Assembly: GCA_000830175.1 (NCBI GenBank)
Contig: JQIS01000050.1
Location: 4,578 to 68,577, forward strand
Direction: 5' to 3'
DNA: 64,000 nt
Source: Sulfurovum sp. FS08-3
GTDB taxonomy: Bacteria > Campylobacterota > Campylobacteria > Campylobacterales > Sulfurovaceae
Shown here: piece by piece, positions 58,044 to 64,000 of the stretch
Layout: every line of letters begins with the position of its first letter
Position numbering within the stretch: the first letter of the stretch is position 1
The notes under the pieces: model-generated
Databases searched by the model: none
The model's input: only the letters and a program-made list of their open reading frames with translations
What the model was told of the DNA's origin: nothing
Translations under genes and position numbers: made by a program

Positions 58044-58982
58044 ATGTTTGAAACGTTTTTAACCAAACTCCAAAGCGATGAAAAGTTTATTACCGTCGAG
58101 ATTACTCCCCCGCACGGTGCTTCTATCGGTCAAATCATTGAAAATATTGACAAACTTCAACTAGCACACAAGATTGATGGTTTTAGCCTCACCGATAACC
58201 CTCTTGCCAAACTTAAGATGTCGGGAGTACTTAGTGCTATCAAAGTGCAACACTATTTCCAAAAGCCTGTCATTGCGACGATGAGTATGCGAGATACCAA
58301 CAAACTCTCGATGCAATCCACCTTGCTAGGGGCTAACGATTTTGATTTGCGTTGCATTTTGGCTCTCACAGGAGACCCTGCTAAACTAAGCGACCAACCC
58401 GAGGTCAAAGGGGTAGTAGAGCGTGATTCGACGCTGCTTTTGAGTATCATTTATCATCTCAACAAAGGAGTCGATTACTCCAATCAATCCCTCAATCCGC
58501 CACCCAAACCCATCTACCCCTTTGCCGTCTCCAACTCCTACTCCAAGGATAAGACACGACTTGAAAAACGCATACTCAAAAAGCTCAATTACGGTGCTAG
58601 AGCGATTTTGACGCAACCTATCTACGACCTTGATAATGCCAAAGAGCTACTTGAAATATTTGAAAGTGCCAAAAACCAAAGCATTCGCCAATCGGCAAAA
58701 GAGGCGCAACTCATTATGGGACAATTCCCCGTCGTGAGAGCAAGAACCGCCAATTTTATCTCCGATAAAGTCCCTGGTATCCATGTACCCAAAGCCATAG
58801 TCGATGAGATGAATCTAGCAGCAATGGACGGCGAAGCCAAAGAACAAGAGGTAGGATTTGCCCTCTCAAAAGCAATTTTTGATAATATCATGAAACTTCA
58901 CGGCAAAGTACACCTTATGACACACAATCGCTTCGATTTATGCTCTGATTTGATAGGAAAAAATTTTAGTATTAAAACGTAA
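58044..58982 (+). CDS. methylenetetrahydrofolate reductase-like protein
   Basis: FITVEITPP..., LTGDP, TQPIYD pattern of MetF-type TIM barrels. Confidence 0.6.
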   Translation: MFETFLTKLQSDEKFITVEITPPHGASIGQIIENIDKLQLAHKIDGFSLTDNPLAKLKMSGVLSAIKVQHYFQKPVIATMSMRDTNKLSMQSTLLGANDFDLRCILALTGDPAKLSDQPEVKGVVERDSTLLLSIIYHLNKGVDYSNQSLNPPPKPIYPFAVSNSYSKDKTRLEKRILKKLNYGARAILTQPIYDLDNAKELLEIFESAKNQSIRQSAKEAQLIMGQFPVVRARTANFISDKVPGIHVPKAIVDEMNLAAMDGEAKEQEVGFALSKAIFDNIMKLHGKVHLMTHNRFDLCSDLIGKNFSIKT

Positions 58983-59030
58983 CCAAACTGTTTTATAATG
59001 TGTTGATAAAATTTTTTGAGGTGTTGAGAT

Positions 59031-59549
59031 ATGAAAAAACTTTACATTATTCGTCATGCTAAATCGAGTTGGAAGGATCTTGCTCTTAGTGATTTTGATC
59101 GTCCGCTCAATAGGCGTGGGAAAAGTAATGCACTGTTTATGGGAGAGCTTTTGGCTCAAAAAGGCATCAAGCCCGATATTATCGTCTCTTCACCTGCCAA
59201 AAGAGCTTTTGAAACCTCAAACACTATCGCCAAAGCATTGGACTACTCTATCCAAAGAATTGTCTATAAGATGGAGATTTATGAAGCCTCTGTGAGTGCA
59301 TTGTTTGATATTATCGCTTCGGTGGACAATCAAGACCAATCGCTCTTTTTAATCGGACACAATCCCTCGCTTAACCTACTGCTTGAACGATTAGTGCCTA
59401 GTAACACCATCGAAAACATTGTAACGGCGGGTATTGTCGAGCTTGAACTTAATATCTCAAAATGGAGAGATATTTCGCCTCGCACCACCCGTCTAGTCTC
59501 TTTTGAGTATCCCAAAAAACATTTGGAGATCTATACGCAAGTGGCTTAG
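59031..59549 (+). CDS. sixA: SixA-type phosphohistidine phosphatase
   Basis: LYIIRHAKSSW (RHG-type motif) and LIGHNPS. Confidence 0.75.
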   Translation: MKKLYIIRHAKSSWKDLALSDFDRPLNRRGKSNALFMGELLAQKGIKPDIIVSSPAKRAFETSNTIAKALDYSIQRIVYKMEIYEASVSALFDIIASVDNQDQSLFLIGHNPSLNLLLERLVPSNTIENIVTAGIVELELNISKWRDISPRTTRLVSFEYPKKHLEIYTQVA

Positions 59550-60307
59550 ACTCCTTGCGTGGTGTCAAAGACTCGGATATGGAGTCTATCGCTGTATCGA
59601 AATCCATGATCAATACAAAACTCAAAAACCGCCTTGTCGTTTTGCTCCAATACCTCACGATTTTCGCCAATAGGCATGATGTAAATCTCTCTATCGGTGT
59701 AGCTACTTGTAATCTCTTGGATTTCGTCCATGGCGCTACCTTGAATCAATGCTTTGTCGATAGTAAATTTAAAAAAACTCTCATGCGATGAAGCGATAAT
59801 ATTGGCAATGGCTTCGAGTTTGATACGTTTGTGTTTGGGCTCGTCGCTATTGGAGAGCTTGATAGAGAGTGCAAAGATGCACTGGCGGTACTTTGGGTAT
59901 TTGTCAAAGTCTATCATAATAGTAGCGTTGGTTTCAAACGTGACCGCAATGCCCCTATCCACCAAAAACGAAACAATGCGATAGAAGTTGATATTTTGAT
60001 AATAGAGCAACGGCTCACCGCCTGTAATGACCACGTGAGGATCATACCCAATAGCCCCAAATTGCAACGCAAGATGGTCGATAGTGGATTGTGCATTATC
60101 AACCTTTTGCCATTGGTGCATAAAGCCACGATCAACCGCAAAATAGGTATCGCACCCGAGTTTATTCTCTCCATTGACTCGATACTTTGCACCAAAACCT
60201 GCACACGAGAGGTTACAAGCCCCTGTACGAATGAAATAAGAGGGTACTCCTGCGTATTTGCCTTCTCCTTGAATAGAGAAAAACTCTTCAACGATATAAA
60301 ACATCAT
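59546..60307 (-). CDS. queE: 7-carboxy-7-deazaguanine synthase
   Basis: [29 protein letters not shown]..., C-terminal [14 protein letters not shown]; unusual Cys spacing (see findings). Confidence 0.8.
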   Translation of the reverse strand: MMFYIVEEFFSIQGEGKYAGVPSYFIRTGACNLSCAGFGAKYRVNGENKLGCDTYFAVDRGFMHQWQKVDNAQSTIDHLALQFGAIGYDPHVVITGGEPLLYYQNINFYRIVSFLVDRGIAVTFETNATIMIDFDKYPKYRQCIFALSIKLSNSDEPKHKRIKLEAIANIIASSHESFFKFTIDKALIQGSAMDEIQEITSSYTDREIYIMPIGENREVLEQNDKAVFEFCIDHGFRYSDRLHIRVFDTTQGV

Positions 60308-61281
60308 CCCCCCGTTTGATAAAAAGCTCGTGAAGAGGATTGCGTCGTATCGCTACTTTGGCTCTCACTCCATCGATTCTCTTTAGGTTTATCTTTTAAA
60401 ATGGTAGCCAACACCGCTGCCGCTCCCTCAATATCCCCGCTTTTGACGTATTGTGCTATACTTAATGCCTCATCAAAGTAGAGGCAAGGGATCAAAAATC
60501 CTTCAGCACTGAGTCGAATACGGTTGCAACTTTCGCAAAAGTCATGCTTGTGGGGATCAATAAGTCCAAATCGTGTACCATCATTGAGACGATAGGCAAA
60601 GGATGGAGAACTACCGCTTCGCCCTATTTTGTGGATTTCGTATTTGCTTTTGATAACTTCCAAAATTTCACGCCCGTGCATTCCTTTTATTTGGCTTGAA
60701 GCGTGGTCGTTTTCCATGTATTCAATAAAACGTGCCTCGACTCCTTTGTCACGAGAGTACTCCAAAATATCAATAATTTCATGGTCGTTTATGCCTTTGA
60801 GGGGTACCATATTGATTTTGATTGCCAATCCTACCTCCAAAGCCCTATCAATGCCTTTAAGCACCGCATCCAAGACATCTTTTTGGGCGATACGGTGAGC
60901 GGTTTGGGGATTGAGCGAATCGAGTGAGATATTGATGCGTTTAAGCCCCGCCTCTTTGAGCTGCAAAGCGCATTGTGGGAGCAAAAATCCATTGGTCGTC
61001 AAGGCTAAATCGACGCTGTTGTTGTAGTTGTAAATCATGGCGATAAATTTATCCAAATCCTCACGAAGCAACGGTTCGCCGCCTGTGATGCGTATCTTCT
61101 TGATGCCACCATCAATGGCTACTTTGATAAACAAAAAAAGCTCTTCAAAGCTCAACAAATTCTCTTTTGGAACCCATGAAAAGGGCTTTTGGGGCATACA
61201 GTATTGACAACGAAAATTGCATCGTTCCGTCACAGAGACCCTTAGGTAGTCCACCACACGTCCGTGTCCATCTATTAACAT
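60304..61281 (-). CDS. moaA: GTP 3',8-cyclase
   Basis: CNFRCQYC radical SAM motif, C-terminal [13 protein letters not shown] second-cluster motif. Confidence 0.92.
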   Translation of the reverse strand: MLIDGHGRVVDYLRVSVTERCNFRCQYCMPQKPFSWVPKENLLSFEELFLFIKVAIDGGIKKIRITGGEPLLREDLDKFIAMIYNYNNSVDLALTTNGFLLPQCALQLKEAGLKRINISLDSLNPQTAHRIAQKDVLDAVLKGIDRALEVGLAIKINMVPLKGINDHEIIDILEYSRDKGVEARFIEYMENDHASSQIKGMHGREILEVIKSKYEIHKIGRSGSSPSFAYRLNDGTRFGLIDPHKHDFCESCNRIRLSAEGFLIPCLYFDEALSIAQYVKSGDIEGAAAVLATILKDKPKENRWSESQSSDTTQSSSRAFYQTGG

Positions 61282-61423
61282 TTACTTATCCATTTAGGTT
61301 TTTTCATAGAGTATCCAAAAGTATATAAAGGGTAGATAATGCTAGGCTTTTTTCCCTATTCTCATTGAGGAGGATGGGAGCCAAGTGAGCTTGATGCCGT
61401 TGCATTTTAAAATAACTGGAGTT

Positions 61424-62098
61424 CTATTGCTTTTTGATGAGCGTCAATCCTACACTGCCCCATGCCGTTATGCCGCCACGATACCATTTGATTTTGTGGG
61501 GCGGATAACCCACCTCCAAAAGCGTCTCAATGGCTCTAGGAGAGTGGGTACACCATGAACCGTTGCAAAAAAGGAGTATCTCTTTGGCGTTGGCAAAATC
61601 AAATGTACCCTCTTTGATAACAACACCCAATGTTTGATAGGCTCTATGGTACTCCTCTTTGAAATCTTCATCTATTGTAAGCTCATCAAAGGGGATATTG
61701 ATAGCACTAGGAATGGTAGAGTGGTTGAACCAATTGGCAGGGCGTGAATCGACCAAAAGATAGTTTTGAGGTGCTTTAGAGGATTTGTGTAAGATAAACT
61801 CCAACACTTCCAACTCTCCATAGGTTTCAATCTCTTTGTGAAGCTTAAGAGGTTGTATCACCCCTTGTGTGGTCACAAAGCTCTTTTTGCACGATTGAGA
61901 AAGGGTATCATGAGCAAAATCTCCTCCCCATAGGCTCTCTTCGTTCATGGCTAGATTGAGGCATTTTGGATCAATTTCACGCTCGATTGTGACGGTTTGA
62001 TTGCCCTCTTTTACTTTGACTCCCACTAAAGGAAGTTTGGTAGTATCTACGCCAAAAAGCGATGAGACAAAGAGCAACGCAATGAGAGCTTTGGGCAT
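61424..62098 (-). CDS. periplasmic rhodanese-domain protein
   Basis: ATG 62098 gives the signal peptide MPKALIALLFVSSLFG. Active-site-loop-like FCNGSWCTHS. The longer 62368 ORF overlaps nifU. Confidence 0.65.
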   Translation of the reverse strand: MPKALIALLFVSSLFGVDTTKLPLVGVKVKEGNQTVTIEREIDPKCLNLAMNEESLWGGDFAHDTLSQSCKKSFVTTQGVIQPLKLHKEIETYGELEVLEFILHKSSKAPQNYLLVDSRPANWFNHSTIPSAINIPFDELTIDEDFKEEYHRAYQTLGVVIKEGTFDFANAKEILLFCNGSWCTHSPRAIETLLEVGYPPHKIKWYRGGITAWGSVGLTLIKKQ

Positions 62099-62126
62099 AC
62101 TGTAATCCTTTGTTGGTGTTGGGAAA

Positions 62127-63107
62127 CTATACAGGCAACACTCGAATATTCTCATCAAGTTTTTGTTTGAGTGTATTTTCGATAGCATAAAGCGTTCCTG
62201 TAGAACCCGTAGCACAACTTGAACACGCTCCAAGGTAGCGAATGTAGATATCGAAATAAGGCATATTCTCTTTGATGTCGATAATCTCCATATCGCCTCC
62301 ATCCATGACAAGCATAGGGCGAATGTATTCATCAATAATGCCATCAACGGCTTTGATGCGTTGTACAATTGTCATCTTGTCAAAAGTAGCCTTGCCCATA
62401 AGTGAAGCGTTAGCGGCATCTTCGAGTCGCTCATGATCCATTTTGTCACGCGTTTGAGCCAAAATATCTACCAAATAGACGCTTCGTTCTTCATGTCCGC
62501 CTGGACGTACGCAGGATTTGCAATAGCTTCCTGCTTTGGTTGTCTTAACCAATGTTTCGATATCGCTTATATTGTGTTCACGAATGGCATCAACAATCTC
62601 TTTGCGTGTCATTCTAGCGCATTCACATACAATATCTTGATTTTCAAGTTCGCTTCGCTCTACACCCTTGTATTGTGCTGCTGCTTCCAAAATAACATCG
62701 TACGCCATAACCGAACAGTGCATCTTTTGGGGTGGAACAGCGGGAGTATCGGGGTCATCTCTCAAAAACGCCTCCACTTCGGTATTGGTAATATGAATCG
62801 CATCATCGACTCTTCGTCCAATACAAAGCTCCGCCATAGCATCGCTTGAAGCAATCGCCGTACCGCAACCAAAGCTTTTGAATTTGCTACCTATTATCGT
62901 ATCGGTTTTGGGATCAACAAGCCAAAAGAGACGTACTGCATCCCCGCAACTCTCCGCTCCAAAATCGGCTACGATGAGTTTTGCACCTTGTGCATCGGCA
63001 TCGGCTTGTGTAAACTCACCCAAAGCTTTGGGGTTGTTCATTCTCTCTTGTACTTTTTTACTGTATTGTTCCCAAACATTTCCAGTTACCAAATCATTTC
63101 GTGCCAT
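62127..63107 (-). CDS. nifU: Fe-S cluster assembly scaffold NifU (three-domain type)
   Basis: N-terminal ESCGD..GCG scaffold cysteines, central CxC..C..C ferredoxin-like region, C-terminal Nfu domain GACSSC. Confidence 0.9.
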   Translation of the reverse strand: MARNDLVTGNVWEQYSKKVQERMNNPKALGEFTQADADAQGAKLIVADFGAESCGDAVRLFWLVDPKTDTIIGSKFKSFGCGTAIASSDAMAELCIGRRVDDAIHITNTEVEAFLRDDPDTPAVPPQKMHCSVMAYDVILEAAAQYKGVERSELENQDIVCECARMTRKEIVDAIREHNISDIETLVKTTKAGSYCKSCVRPGGHEERSVYLVDILAQTRDKMDHERLEDAANASLMGKATFDKMTIVQRIKAVDGIIDEYIRPMLVMDGGDMEIIDIKENMPYFDIYIRYLGACSSCATGSTGTLYAIENTLKQKLDENIRVLPV

Positions 63108-63176
63108 AATTTTCTCCTAAAATTTAGTGTTAAGTGTTAAGCTTTTTTGTAAGCCACTTAGCATACTTAGTATTTC

Positions 63177-64000
63177 TTAGTGCAAATGCACTGAGAACGC
63201 CTCTTGTTTTGCGTAAGTCATCGAGATACCTCGTAGTCGCTCAACGGTAGCTTTGACCTTCTCAAGCACATAATCAATTTGCTCTTTGGTGGTAAATTTA
63301 CTCAAAGCAAACATAACGGTTGCATTGGCTATCTCCGTTTTTTCTCCCAAAGCCTCCACAACGGCACTTGATTCCAAATCTTCACTGCTGCAACTTGAAC
63401 CTGTCGAGAGATAGATAGTGTTCATATTCATATCCCACAACATCGCTTCACCCTCAATACCTCTAAAGCTCATTGCCACAAGGTTTTTAAGTCTATGCTC
63501 TTTGGGTACATAGCTTTTGGTATCGGGGATTTTAAGCAACTCCTCTTCAAGATAATCTCTCAAAGCCCGTGTGGTATGGTCAAAGAAAGAGAGGTTGATA
63601 TTGGCTATCTCCATTGCCGTTGCCATTGCAGCTACGCCGTTGTTGTAGAGACTTCCTGCACGTTTACCGCCCATGACATTTTTGGCTCCGTGAATCAAAG
63701 GAGTATAAGGTACTCCTGCTTTGACGAAAATACCACCTACGCCTTTGGGACCGTGGAATTTATGAGCCGACCATGTGAAGTAATCCACGCCCAAATCCTG
63801 CACATCAACAGCCATTTTACCAATGGCTTGAGCGCCGTCACTGTGAAAATAGACACCGTGTTTTTTGGCTATTGCTGATATGGCTTTGATATCTTGAATC
63901 GCTCCTGTCTCATTGGAGGCTATCAAAACAGAAATGAGAGCGGTTTTATCGGTAATAGCAGCTTCTAGTTCGTCGAGCTTGACCAAACCTTTGGAATCAG
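63177..64000 (-). CDS. nifS: cysteine desulfurase NifS (5' end outside window)
   Basis: PLP-lysine motif SAHKFHGPKG, active-site loop STGSSCSS; frame open to the window edge. Confidence 0.9.
   Translation of the reverse strand, partial: DSKGLVKLDELEAAITDKTALISVLIASNETGAIQDIKAISAIAKKHGVYFHSDGAQAIGKMAVDVQDLGVDYFTWSAHKFHGPKGVGGIFVKAGVPYTPLIHGAKNVMGGKRAGSLYNNGVAAMATAMEIANINLSFFDHTTRALRDYLEEELLKIPDTKSYVPKEHRLKNLVAMSFRGIEGEAMLWDMNMNTIYLSTGSSCSSEDLESSAVVEALGEKTEIANATVMFALSKFTTKEQIDYVLEKVKATVERLRGISMTYAKQEAFSVHLH

Noticed and set aside
61282-61423. Moco riboswitch upstream of moaA
   Set aside because: I recognised no conserved Moco-motif blocks on the minus strand. Only weak local hairpins are present.
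61424-62368. Full 314-aa version of the rhodanese ORF
   Set aside because: The upstream 90 codons overlap the nifU 3' end. ATG 62098 yields a clean signal peptide.

Overview
Chromosomal window that looks like a Campylobacterota (epsilonproteobacterial) chemolithoautotroph. Diagnostic features are ATP-citrate lyase aclBA (reductive TCA cycle), Helicobacter-type nifS-nifU, c553-type cytochromes and frequent TTG/GTG starts. Core genes: aspS, adk, a pabA/trpG-type amidotransferase, aclBA, gyrB, queF, purH, rplI-hslVU, an assimilatory nitrate/nitrite cluster (nirA, cysG, nasA, nrtAB plus a truncated ATPase gene), mlaEF-like ABC genes, acpS, two-component systems, a metF-like gene, sixA, queE, moaA and nifUS. 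Five visibly AT-richer accessory islets interrupt the core. (1) 10.3-12.0 kb: an orphan gene behind a perfect consensus promoter. (2) 18.3-25.2 kb: a mosaic island bounded by inverted repeat copies. It carries an NrdG-like radical-SAM / Zn-ribbon-FHA / PP2C / membrane coiled-coil operon that I cannot assign to any named system, and this is the best candidate for something new. The island also holds a 0.7-kb cassette inserted into that operon, orphan immunity-like genes and decayed methyltransferase remnants. (3) 46.8-49.1 kb: a Septu-like ptuAB pair plus a 121-bp TIR element that replaced the 3' part of the nitrate-transporter ATPase gene. (4) 50.2-51.1 kb: a three-gene TA-like module. (5) 53.2-55.4 kb: three TA cassettes separated by duplicated host-gene ends. 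At least five dispersed repeat families were read directly from the sequence. I found no rRNA, tRNA or CRISPR array. All product calls rest on motif recognition by eye, and no database search or folding program was run.
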